Below, in pieces: positions 1 to 8,862 of a stretch of DNA of 64,000 nt (its first letter is position 1; the number at the start of each line of letters is the position of its first letter). Location: NCBI GenBank assembly GCA_027371535.1, contig DAHXMV010000003.1:8047-72046 (forward strand), in the 5' to 3' direction. The notes beneath the pieces were generated by a model. The model was not told where the DNA came from. It saw nothing but the letters and a program-made list of their open reading frames with translations, and made no database searches. Made by a program: the position numbers and the translations under genes. Origin of the DNA: Candidatus Amesbacteria bacterium (GTDB taxonomy: Bacteria; Patescibacteriota; Microgenomatia; CAZETR01; Amesbacteraceae).

Positions 1-1020
1 CAGACCGGCAATGATCCCGGGAGTTGATAAATCCAGGAGTTTCCAGGCATATTTTTCGATGTCTGCCTGCTTAGCGGTAGCAGTCCCGAAAGTTTCAATG
101 CTTTTGACGATGGGCTCGCGGACGCCGATAACATATGCCAGCTGGACTTCGCAGCGCCGGGCCATTTTAGCGGCCACGACATGTTTGGCGACAAACCTGG
201 CGGCATAGGCTCCGGAACGATCGACTTTGGTCGGGTCTTTCCCAGAAAAGGCTCCCCCGCCGATTCTGGCCATACCACCGTAAGAATCGACGATAATTTT
301 GCGGCCGGTGACCCCGGTATCGGTGGCCGGACCGCCGATATCCCATTTTCCGGTACCATTGACGATTAATTTATCAATATTAATTAAGGGTTGTTTGTAA
401 GCTTTGAGGACGGGGGTAACCGCGTGCTGATACAGGTCAAATTTCACCTGATCATGGGAAATTTTGGGATCGTGGGGATTGGCCAGGACGATAGTGTCTA
501 CGCCGACCGGCAGACTGTCCTCGTATTTAACCGAGACTTCGCTTTTGCCGTCGGGACGGAGGTATTTTAATTTAGTCACTTTCAGTTCATCCATGGCCCG
601 GGTGAGGGCGTGAGCCAGCATGATGGGAAGCGGCATAAGCTCGGGGGTTTCATCCACGGCATAACCAAACATCATGCCCTGATCCCCCGCACCGCCGGTA
701 TCCACACCCTGGGAAATATCCGGAGATTGCTGATGGACAAAAACATCCACCGGGGATTTATGCCAGAAGCCAAATTCTTTTACAGTGTAGCCCAAATCTT
801 CAACCACGCCACGGGCGATATTTTCAAAATCTATTTTTTGGGGACAGGTCACCTCACCGGCGATGGTCATATGATCTACCGTAACCAAGGTTTCCACGGC
901 GACCCGGGATTTGGGATAAATTTTTAAAGCCGCATCCAGAATGGCATCGGATACCTGATCGCAGACTTTGTCGGGGTGGCCTGAACAGACTGATTCGGAA
1001 GCAAAAGTTGAGTAATTCAT
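1..1020 (-). CDS. metK: S-adenosylmethionine synthetase (methionine adenosyltransferase), 3' end cut by window edge
   Basis: Reverse-strand translation from the ATG at 1020-1018 reads MNYSTFASESVCSGHPDKVCDQ... and further on ...KDPTKVDRSGAYAARFVAKH. GHPDK and the C-terminal KDPTKVDRS motifs are diagnostic of MetK. The C-terminal 40-60 aa lie outside the window. Confidence 0.9.
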   Translation of the reverse strand, partial: MNYSTFASESVCSGHPDKVCDQVSDAILDAALKIYPKSRVAVETLVTVDHMTIAGEVTCPQKIDFENIARGVVEDLGYTVKEFGFWHKSPVDVFVHQQSPDISQGVDTGGAGDQGMMFGYAVDETPELMPLPIMLAHALTRAMDELKVTKLKYLRPDGKSEVSVKYEDSLPVGVDTIVLANPHDPKISHDQVKFDLYQHAVTPVLKAYKQPLINIDKLIVNGTGKWDIGGPATDTGVTGRKIIVDSYGGMARIGGGAFSGKDPTKVDRSGAYAARFVAKHVVAAKMARRCEVQLAYVIGVREPIVKSIETFGTATAKQADIEKYAWKLLDLSTPGIIAGL

Positions 1021-1104
1021 AGATTTTTCCCGCTGAGCGGGACTTGTCGTTTTGGCACCGTGATCTATCGGTTGCCTTCCCGCTAAGCGGAATCTCCTGA
1101 CAAT
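1021..1104 (-). promoter_or_regulatory. structured 5' leader of metK with two near-identical hairpins (TCCCGC-N3-GCGGGA at 1028-1042; imperfect copy at 1071-1088)
   Basis: Direct reading of the 84-nt region between the metK start and the next gene shows perfect 6-bp-stem hairpins. The metK context suggests a SAM-responsive or other cis-regulatory RNA, but no known SAM riboswitch consensus is recognisable. Confidence 0.3.
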
Positions 1105-1749
1105 ATGGAAATTAGAATATACATTCTTTTGAATTTTGTCAATGCCGGAGTAGAATTGCAAATCATGCCACATTTTGAAATCGGCAGTTCAGAGGAAAAT
1201 GAGCTGATTGACGCTCAAAACTGCATATTCCTAATTAATTCAAAAAGGGTAATTTCTGCCCAGATGTTACTTTCGGCATGCAGATTTTACGGACAAAAAT
1301 ATCCCCAAGCCCAGGTTCATGAAGAGTATGAAATGAGGCTGAGTTTCGACAAATTCAATTTGAGCCTGGAAAAATCCGAATCTTTGCAGGACCCGGGAAT
1401 GACGCTGTTAAAAATTGTGAGTAATGTATTGGATAAAAGAGACGGTGAGAAAATCGGTTATCCCTGGGAAAAGGGTGACCTTGGTTTGATAAGCGATTTT
1501 TTTTGGGGAATCACCAGAACCGATCATTTAGACCGGGACTCTTTGAGGAGACTGGCCAAAGTTTATATAGATAATTGGGAAAGGCCGGGAGTGAAGGGAT
1601 ATTATCTGAAACTGGCAGGAGAATATTATAAAAGAAACCGGATGACACCCGAGAAGAAAACGGAAATAGAACAGCCGTGGATTGGAATTTTGAGAGGATT
1701 ACTACCGGATCTGGAAGCCTGCCTGAGACCGGCTACTGGCCAAATTTAA
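1105..1749 (+). CDS. hypothetical protein
   Basis: 214-aa ORF with no recognisable motif. Its 3' end overlaps the convergent giant ORF. Lower GC than its neighbours. Confidence 0.4.
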   Translation: MEIRIYILLNFVNAGVELQIMPHFEIGSSEENELIDAQNCIFLINSKRVISAQMLLSACRFYGQKYPQAQVHEEYEMRLSFDKFNLSLEKSESLQDPGMTLLKIVSNVLDKRDGEKIGYPWEKGDLGLISDFFWGITRTDHLDRDSLRRLAKVYIDNWERPGVKGYYLKLAGEYYKRNRMTPEKKTEIEQPWIGILRGLLPDLEACLRPATGQI

Positions 1750-4700
1750 CAGCCCCGGCTTTATATATATTTACCACCTGGGCGGCAGTCAGCGGATAAT
1801 TGTAAATCCGGATGTCGTCTATCTGGCCATTGAAATACTGGCTCTGGCTGGTGGCTGCGCCAACCTGCAAAGCGGCAGTATTGGTGGTATCCCCCAGAGT
1901 GGAGAGGGTTCCAGATTTGACAACCGCCGATTGCTTACCATTGATATATATAGTAGAAGCCGAATCCGAACTCCGCTTGATAACCACAGCAAAGAAATTC
2001 CAGCCGGCGGACATAAAATGCTCCGGGGTGCCCATGCCAAATAAATTAAATGAGGGATCAACGGCCATATAATCAAACTCGCCATTGGAAGAAGCGATAT
2101 TGATTATCCAGCCGGTGGAGGACGCATTTAATTTTGAAATTATGGGGTGGGGATTGGAAAAACTGCTGCGGTTAAACCACCCGGTAACGGTCATATCACC
2201 GGTGGTATTGAGATCAAACACGGACTGGTTGCCCATGGTGACATAATCCCCTGCCCCGTCAAACATGAGAGAGGCCCCGATTTTTCCCGTGGTACCGCCG
2301 TTCCACATTTCCGTAGACGTACCGGAACCGCAGGTACCTGTAGACCGGCCGGAATTAGGGGTAATGGTACCATCCATACCCGCGGCGGTGCCGTTGGCAT
2401 TTAAAGCGGCGTTATGTGCCAGATTGCCCTGGCATTCATCAAATCTATACCAGGCTATGGGAGCCCCGCGGTTGTAGTCATAGGCAATCTGGGCCGGTGT
2501 ACGGACATATCCGTATATTCTTACCTGGTCGATGATACCGGCAAAACTGGACACAGCTACGCTGACTGAGGCACCAAAAGTAACACCGGTAGTAGCCGAG
2601 GAAGACGTTTGAATACCATTTTGGTAAATAGTGCAGTGGGTAGAATCTGTCGAAGTTGCGACAATATATGACCATTGGTTAGTGGAAACTGCAGTACCCG
2701 TGCAACTACCGTAAGTGGGCTGAGAGCTGCCGTTGAAAGCAAGTTTTCCGGTCGTGAGTAAGGTTTTGTTAGCTACACTGGCAGTCGGATAAATCCAGAG
2801 TTCGACAGTATTGGCGTATCCGGGGTCTGTAATAGTAGCAGTCACAGCCTGACTGGATCCGTCAAACTTTAGGGCTGACCCGAATTTTCCGTTTACCCAA
2901 GTCGGCGAACCGGTAAATGAACCTGTGGCTCCGTGACCTGAAGTGTCATTGGCTGTCGTACCTGTATTCTCATCAAATTTCCATTCACCCAGCGGCGGAG
3001 TACAAGTATCTGAAGAATCGGGGACACAAAAGGCGGCGGCGGCGGAATTGCTGGCAATGCCCGTGGAATCGGTGCCTAAATCACCCAACACCAGGGCGGA
3101 GGCTTTATTTAATTCGGCAGATACCTGATCGGAAGTAAAGGCCGAGCCGTAGACTTTAACATCATCCATTAATCCCTGGAAATATTCCCCGCCGGCAAAA
3201 TTCCAGCCCAAATTCAAGCCGGTTGTGTTGGTGCTGGTTAAATTTCCGGTTTGAACGACCTGGCCGGTAAGATTACCGTTGAGGTAGACTCTGATATAAG
3301 AACCATCATAGGTACACCAAACATGAGACCAGGTGTTTAATGACAGGGCCGAGGAGGAAATGGCGGCAGTCTGCCAGGAACCGGAATAAATTGCGCAGTT
3401 GGGGTAGGAATTTGAATCCGTGGTGAGCCGGAATTCATTGGGTTTGGTGATTAAAGTTTTTGAAGCAGCAGACCCAGCTGGTTTGAACCAACCTCCCCAT
3501 GAAAGAGCATTGTATGTAGCGCCATTATTTACAAAAAGCGCTGTCAAGGGAGTAGAGGCAAAGATCTGGGAAGCGCCGTTTAATTGGACAGCCGAATCGA
3601 ATTTACCGGATAAATTCCAGAGAGTGCCAGAATCGGTGGCATTGTAAGAAGAACCAAGATTACCTGAATTATTGAAGGTAGTGCCACTGGCTTCATCAAA
3701 CTTGTACCAGACGGCAGCCGATCCCACGGGAGATCCGGGGGCCGGATGGCCGGCGTTCATATCTTCAGTCACCTGTTTTTGAGTCCTGGCGTAGCTATAT
3801 ATTCTGACATCATCCATAATCCCCTGATAACTTGAAGCAGCGACATTTAAACTGGTACCAAAAGACAGACCAGTGGAAGCACTGGTAGCGGTGACAATGC
3901 CGTTTTGATATAAGGTACAGTGAGTAGTGTCCGTGGAAACTGCGGCGATATGGGTCCAGGTGTTTTGGGAAAGTGCGGTGCCGGTACAACCGCCGTAAAC
4001 CGGCTGTGAACTGGCGTTAGTTGTCAGTTTGGAAGCGGTGACTAAAGTTTTACTCACTACGGAAGCCGTGGGATATACCCAAACCTCGACAGTGTTAAAA
4101 GCTCCGGGATCGGCAATTGTCGCGGTAACAGCCATACTGGAACCGTCAAATTTTAATGCAGTGCCATATTTACCATTAACCCAGGTAGGGCTACCGGTAA
4201 AGGCACCGGTGTAACCATTTCCACTGCTGTCCACCGGAGCCGTACCTGAACCGTCATCAAAAGCCCAATCAACCAGAGGGCCGGGAGAAAAGTTATAAAG
4301 CTGCTGCACTTCAGCAGCATTCAGTGTCCGGCTGTACAACCGGATTTCGTCCATCTGGGAATTGTTGACGGCATAGGAACCGTTGGCGCGGCCGATATTG
4401 AAAGCATTGGCGTTGATGCCGGCAGTCGAGGTGACGACAACATAATTCCAGGAGCCGGAGGTGAGAGCCCCGCCCATGACGCCATTAATATAATAAACAG
4501 GACCGGTGAATCCGGTTCCGGCAACCACACCCGATGATGAGTTAACATATGCGGTTCCGGTAATCAGATTGAGAAAATTGTCAGTGGTATTGGCCGGTTT
4601 GACCCAAAAGGCGACTGATTTAATGCCGGTAATGGTATTTGAAAGGGAAAAATATTTACTGCTGCCGTCAAAGGTCGGGGCATTACCGAATTTGCCGGCA

Positions 4701-6967
4701 GAAAAAGCGGTAGAGCCGTTGTTGGTCAGAGTAAGGCTGTTACCGGACGAATCCGCCGGATTGCCTGATGATTCATCCATTTTCCAATAGCTGATCAAAC
4801 CATTGGTAATACCCGCAGCATTAACGCCGGATGAAGTACCGGAAAGGCCATGAGAACTGGCACTCCGGATAAAATCATTTTGGATTTGGGAGGCGGTTCT
4901 GGCATAACGGAAGATTTTGACGTCATCAATCGAACCCTGCCAGGGGCGGCCGGTACCATCGGCCGAAGCACCGATATAAAAGGCGCTGTTACCATTGAGA
5001 GTACCTGAAGCGGTGAGGGAGTAATTACTGGAAACCTGTAAACCGTCGAGATATAACTTGATGCTTGATGTGCCGTCTTTAACGGCGGTAAGCTGATGCC
5101 ATTGCTGATCGGAAGAAGCATCCGAAGGGGTGGAAACCGTATCTTTGGGAAAAGAGGAATTGGTGTCAGTAATCCCGAAAGAATAAGTCCCGTCGGCATT
5201 CACATACAGGCCATAACCGCCGCCGGTAGCCCCGGGATTGAATTTACCGATAACCGATTGGGAAATGGGGTATTGCACTGAGGATTCTGTCCCGTAGCTG
5301 CCAACAACGGGTTCAGTAGACGCATACTGGCGGGCCAGAAACCAATCCCAATCAGTTTTGCGATTTCGAATGGTATACACACCGATGTAACCGGTGAGAA
5401 AGTCGCTGCCGTTGCCATCAGTATAGGCACCGGGGTTAAGCGAAGCGACTACGGAAGCGTAGTTGTCAGCATAAGTCGTAAAGTCATAAATATTGGAATG
5501 GGCAACGGCTTTTTGAATATACCAGGTACTTAAATTCGGGACCCAGCCCGCCTCATTGTGACAGGTGCCGGCCCCAAAACAGACCGCATGCTGGTAAGGA
5601 CTACCTGACGTATCTTCAAAACAGCTGGAGTAGGAGTGGCAATTGGCAGTATTGGTATCGGTACGCAGATTGAGGGCAGCTTCGCGGTAGGAAAAAGAGT
5701 CGTTGGCGGTAGGTTTATATCTGGCTTCGACGACCAGATCCGAAAAGGAAGAATTACTGACTAAGACGCTCTGACCGGTATAAGTAGCGTTGCCGACGTG
5801 AATGGCCCCACCGGATTGAGTGACCGTCCCTGTCCCCACCGCCTGCCATTTGCCGGAATCAATAGTGGTACCATTGTCAAAATCGTCAAAAAATAAAAAG
5901 ACGTTATTACCATTACTGGCGGCGGCAGCAGCAGGATTGCCGTAAGCCATATAAACGGTTTCATTGCCTGAAATGGACGGTAATTTGATAAAAATATTAG
6001 TCGAGGCGGAGTTACAGGTCCCCTCGGTAATCCAATAGCTGATGGGTTTATTCTGGTTATAGTCGGAGTCAAAGAAGCGGATATCGTTACAATTGCTCTG
6101 CATTTTACCGGCGGCGATCGGGGTAGCCGTATCCACAGTCACCCGCATCTGCATATTGGTCAGAGGACTGCCGGAATAGGTGATATTGATGGGAAGACGG
6201 TATTTATAATCATTTTCGGTGTGGCGGACCCAGGCCTGGAGAGTGAATTTGTCGGCGGCGGCAAAGTCCAGGACAGTTTTGTCGGCGATAGTGGCATAGC
6301 CGTTTCCGCTTAAACCCAGACAACGGTCGCCGACACATTTGTCCGGGGGCTGCCAGGTACCGTTGGTAATTGTCAGGTCATTTTTGTTGGAGGAGGAATC
6401 ATGGGCCGTAGTTCCCTGACCCTCGTCAAATTTCCAGTAGGCGGCCGGGGCCGGGCCATTTTCTTCCGTACCGGCCGTGGGGCCGGCCGAGGGAGAAAAG
6501 GTGCTTTGGGAAAATTGGGCGCTGGTGGTACCGGCAACAGCGTTGGGGTTGCCATAATAGATATAAATCAGGTTATTGCCGACGGCGATATTGGGCATCA
6601 GGACATAAAAATCCGAGGAGGCGTCATTGCAACCGACTCCGGCACCGCCGGATATATTAATGTAATATTGGAGAGACATGCCCAGGGCATCGGTAAAGCG
6701 AACGTCCTGGCAGCTGGTCTGCATTTTGCCGGCGGTAATCGGCGTGGCAGTGTCAAACTGGACCAGGACTTTCTGATTGGTGGCGACCGAGCCGGTGTTA
6801 TTGGTAAAAACCACTCTTTCCCGATAGAGCCAGGCGTCGTCGGCCCAGTCGGCGGCGACGGGCTTGCTGGTGAATAAATAAGCTGCCCCTACAGCGATTA
6901 AGAGGACCAGAAACCAAAGAAATTTCTTCAGTTTTTTAAAGCTGAAACCACGACGTAAAGTCACCAT
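1733..6967 (-). CDS. giant signal-anchored surface protein with multiple concanavalin A/LamG-like lectin domains and two DUF2341-like modules
   Basis: 1744-aa ORF. N-terminal TM/signal (KKFLWFLVLLIAVGAAYLF). Two DUF2341-like segments (YRERVVFTNNTG...GKMQTSCQDVRFTD and YKYRLPINITY...GKMQSNCNDIRFFD). Repeated W(K/Y)FDE...G motifs and ...DDVRIY... motifs typical of LamG/ConA-like jelly-rolls. One internal tandem duplication of about 150 aa. Confidence 0.6.
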   Translation of the reverse strand: MVTLRRGFSFKKLKKFLWFLVLLIAVGAAYLFTSKPVAADWADDAWLYRERVVFTNNTGSVATNQKVLVQFDTATPITAGKMQTSCQDVRFTDALGMSLQYYINISGGAGVGCNDASSDFYVLMPNIAVGNNLIYIYYGNPNAVAGTTSAQFSQSTFSPSAGPTAGTEENGPAPAAYWKFDEGQGTTAHDSSSNKNDLTITNGTWQPPDKCVGDRCLGLSGNGYATIADKTVLDFAAADKFTLQAWVRHTENDYKYRLPINITYSGSPLTNMQMRVTVDTATPIAAGKMQSNCNDIRFFDSDYNQNKPISYWITEGTCNSASTNIFIKLPSISGNETVYMAYGNPAAAAASNGNNVFLFFDDFDNGTTIDSGKWQAVGTGTVTQSGGAIHVGNATYTGQSVLVSNSSFSDLVVEARYKPTANDSFSYREAALNLRTDTNTANCHSYSSCFEDTSGSPYQHAVCFGAGTCHNEAGWVPNLSTWYIQKAVAHSNIYDFTTYADNYASVVASLNPGAYTDGNGSDFLTGYIGVYTIRNRKTDWDWFLARQYASTEPVVGSYGTESSVQYPISQSVIGKFNPGATGGGYGLYVNADGTYSFGITDTNSSFPKDTVSTPSDASSDQQWHQLTAVKDGTSSIKLYLDGLQVSSNYSLTASGTLNGNSAFYIGASADGTGRPWQGSIDDVKIFRYARTASQIQNDFIRSASSHGLSGTSSGVNAAGITNGLISYWKMDESSGNPADSSGNSLTLTNNGSTAFSAGKFGNAPTFDGSSKYFSLSNTITGIKSVAFWVKPANTTDNFLNLITGTAYVNSSSGVVAGTGFTGPVYYINGVMGGALTSGSWNYVVVTSTAGINANAFNIGRANGSYAVNNSQMDEIRLYSRTLNAAEVQQLYNFSPGPLVDWAFDDGSGTAPVDSSGNGYTGAFTGSPTWVNGKYGTALKFDGSSMAVTATIADPGAFNTVEVWVYPTASVVSKTLVTASKLTTNASSQPVYGGCTGTALSQNTWTHIAAVSTDTTHCTLYQNGIVTATSASTGLSFGTSLNVAASSYQGIMDDVRIYSYARTQKQVTEDMNAGHPAPGSPVGSAAVWYKFDEASGTTFNNSGNLGSSYNATDSGTLWNLSGKFDSAVQLNGASQIFASTPLTALFVNNGATYNALSWGGWFKPAGSAASKTLITKPNEFRLTTDSNSYPNCAIYSGSWQTAAISSSALSLNTWSHVWCTYDGSYIRVYLNGNLTGQVVQTGNLTSTNTTGLNLGWNFAGGEYFQGLMDDVKVYGSAFTSDQVSAELNKASALVLGDLGTDSTGIASNSAAAAFCVPDSSDTCTPPLGEWKFDENTGTTANDTSGHGATGSFTGSPTWVNGKFGSALKFDGSSQAVTATITDPGYANTVELWIYPTASVANKTLLTTGKLAFNGSSQPTYGSCTGTAVSTNQWSYIVATSTDSTHCTIYQNGIQTSSSATTGVTFGASVSVAVSSFAGIIDQVRIYGYVRTPAQIAYDYNRGAPIAWYRFDECQGNLAHNAALNANGTAAGMDGTITPNSGRSTGTCGSGTSTEMWNGGTTGKIGASLMFDGAGDYVTMGNQSVFDLNTTGDMTVTGWFNRSSFSNPHPIISKLNASSTGWIINIASSNGEFDYMAVDPSFNLFGMGTPEHFMSAGWNFFAVVIKRSSDSASTIYINGKQSAVVKSGTLSTLGDTTNTAALQVGAATSQSQYFNGQIDDIRIYNYPLTAAQVVNIYKAGAVKFGQ

Positions 6968-6995
6968 ACAGACAGTGTACTTTTTATTATAGTAC

Positions 6996-8099
6996 TCACT
7001 CCGGCCCGGTCAGTTCCAGGATAGGGATAGCAGGTAAAGCGGCACCGGCAATACCCTGAACTTTGCCATATATATTTACAGCTCCTGTCATTAATCTTTT
7101 AGCCTGTCCCTCCCGGGTTTTCCAAATTCTTTCAAAAGCCCTTTTTTCCTGATCTATCTGATCCACACTTTCCTTATATACTTCAGCCAAAGCCTGAATT
7201 TGCTGGACAAATTCATGACCGGTCAAATATTCATAGGCGGCATCGGCTTTGTTACCTCTATCCTGAGCAAAAAATTTAGATTTAGCAACTTCAATTAATT
7301 TATCCCGTAAGGCCAATCCCAAAATTTCAGCCAGTTCAGGTTTAACCAACCAAACACTATCCACATAACCAATGCTCAAGGTTATATTTTTGGGCATGGC
7401 GGAGGTAACGATAACAGGGATATTTGCGGCTTCATTACGGAGATTGTCTTTAAGGGTGATCAGCCAATCATTTTCCCAGGACTTGGTTCGCTTTGATTCC
7501 CATAAAATTACACCGCAAACGTGGCCGCGTTTGGTTCTGACAGTCTGACGGATATCGGCGCCTCTGATTCCTTTTTCCACATCATCAATCAAATCATCGG
7601 GAAAAGACTTAATGAGTCTGGTTTTGAGGTCAAGTTCCTGAATTTCACCCTGAAGCTGCTGGGAACCCTGATCGGCTTTACGACGGGCTTCTTCAACCGC
7701 ATTTTTTAAATCATTAATTATTTTATCTTTTTCCGCAAACTTTAACTTTTGTTCCTCAAAGGCTTTATTTTGGGCTTCGATACGAATTTTTTCCTCTTCC
7801 GAAATCAGCAGCTTATGAGCTTCAAGTTTAGCATCATCCCGTTCATTTTTGGCTTTTTTCAACTCAGTTAATAACTCATCCAACTGGCTTCTTAATTTAC
7901 GATTTTCTTCGATGGCACCTCCGGTCTCGTCTTTGGCTTTTTTCAGCTGGAAAGCCAGTGCGGCGGAAGCTTTTTTTTCAGCTTCATCCTGAACTTCAGC
8001 GATTATTTTCCGGCGTTCCTCCTCACGGAATTGGTCTTTTAAAGCCGCATCTATCTCAATTTTGTTACCACATTGATTGCAAACAATAAATCCTGCCAT
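6996..8099 (-). CDS. zinc-ribbon plus long coiled-coil protein with a conserved C-terminal domain (DUF2130-like)
   Basis: N-terminal CxxC...CNQCGN zinc ribbon. About 150 aa of heptad-like K/E-rich coiled coil. C-terminal globular domain (...RGHVCGVILWESKRTKSW...). The architecture matches the DUF2130 family as I recall it. No catalytic motif recognised. Confidence 0.3.
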   Translation of the reverse strand: MAGFIVCNQCGNKIEIDAALKDQFREEERRKIIAEVQDEAEKKASAALAFQLKKAKDETGGAIEENRKLRSQLDELLTELKKAKNERDDAKLEAHKLLISEEEKIRIEAQNKAFEEQKLKFAEKDKIINDLKNAVEEARRKADQGSQQLQGEIQELDLKTRLIKSFPDDLIDDVEKGIRGADIRQTVRTKRGHVCGVILWESKRTKSWENDWLITLKDNLRNEAANIPVIVTSAMPKNITLSIGYVDSVWLVKPELAEILGLALRDKLIEVAKSKFFAQDRGNKADAAYEYLTGHEFVQQIQALAEVYKESVDQIDQEKRAFERIWKTREGQAKRLMTGAVNIYGKVQGIAGAALPAIPILELTGPE

Positions 8100-8151
8100 G
8101 ACTAACAGACTACAACAAAAAATGAAGCTGTCAATGTGATACTATTGACGT

Positions 8152-8862
8152 ATGAACCGGGTGGTAATCGAAGCCGACAATCTCTCCAGAAATTTCGACA
8201 AAATCAAGGCCGTAGACGGAGTCCACCTGACGGTCAATGCCGGGGATATTTATGCCTTAATCGGGCCAAACGGAGCCGGAAAAACCACTTTTATCAAAAT
8301 ACTGACCGGGCTTTTGGCCCCTTCAAAAGGCATTGCCTGGATATGCGGCCAGGATATCGCCAAAAATCCGCTGGAAGCCAAAAGACATTTCGGCTATGTA
8401 TCGGATAACCCGGTGGTATATGACTATCTGACAGGTTACGAATTTCTGAACCTGACAGGGGCGATCCGGGGTATGAAAGAAAAGGAAATAAAACGCCGGA
8501 TTGAAGAACTGGTACAGATTTTTCCCCTGAAGGAAGTGATGCTGCAAAAAATGGGCAGTTATTCCAGGGGAAACCGGCAAAAAACGGCATTTTTGGCCAG
8601 TATGATATCCAAACCGGAACTTTTAATCATTGATGAACCGATCGCCGGGCTGGACCCGACCAGTATCACAATTTTCGGCCAGACACTGGCCAGATACGCC
8701 AGGGACGGGGGAACGGTCTTTCTGGCCACACACATTCTGTCTTTCGGCCAGGATTTTGCCACCAGAGTGGGGGCGATGAATAAAGGCCGGCTGGTGAAAG
8801 AAACCGAAGTCACCGGGGAAAACCTGAATGAGATCTACAAAGAGACGGTGAATTCGAAATGA
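8152..8862 (+). CDS. ABC transporter ATP-binding protein
   Basis: Walker A GPNGAGKTT, ABC signature YSRGNRQK, Walker B LLIIDEP, H-loop ATHIL. Ends in a 4-bp ATGA overlap with the downstream permease. Confidence 0.9.
   Translation: MNRVVIEADNLSRNFDKIKAVDGVHLTVNAGDIYALIGPNGAGKTTFIKILTGLLAPSKGIAWICGQDIAKNPLEAKRHFGYVSDNPVVYDYLTGYEFLNLTGAIRGMKEKEIKRRIEELVQIFPLKEVMLQKMGSYSRGNRQKTAFLASMISKPELLIIDEPIAGLDPTSITIFGQTLARYARDGGTVFLATHILSFGQDFATRVGAMNKGRLVKETEVTGENLNEIYKETVNSK

Noticed and set aside
11-927. Plus-strand ORFs 11..208, 181..369 and 610..927
   Set aside because: They lie antisense to a clearly recognisable metK reading frame (GHPDK, KDPTKVDRS). They are shadow ORFs.
1812-6877. Numerous 60-160-aa ORFs on both strands inside 1733..6967
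   Set aside because: They are embedded in, or antisense to, the 1744-aa LamG-like ORF. They are Pro/Gly/Arg-rich as expected of shadow frames of GC-rich coding DNA.
8136-8408. ORF 8136..8408 (+) upstream of and overlapping the ABC ATPase
   Set aside because: It is out of frame with, and overlapping, the well-supported ABC ATPase gene. Arg-rich shadow frame.
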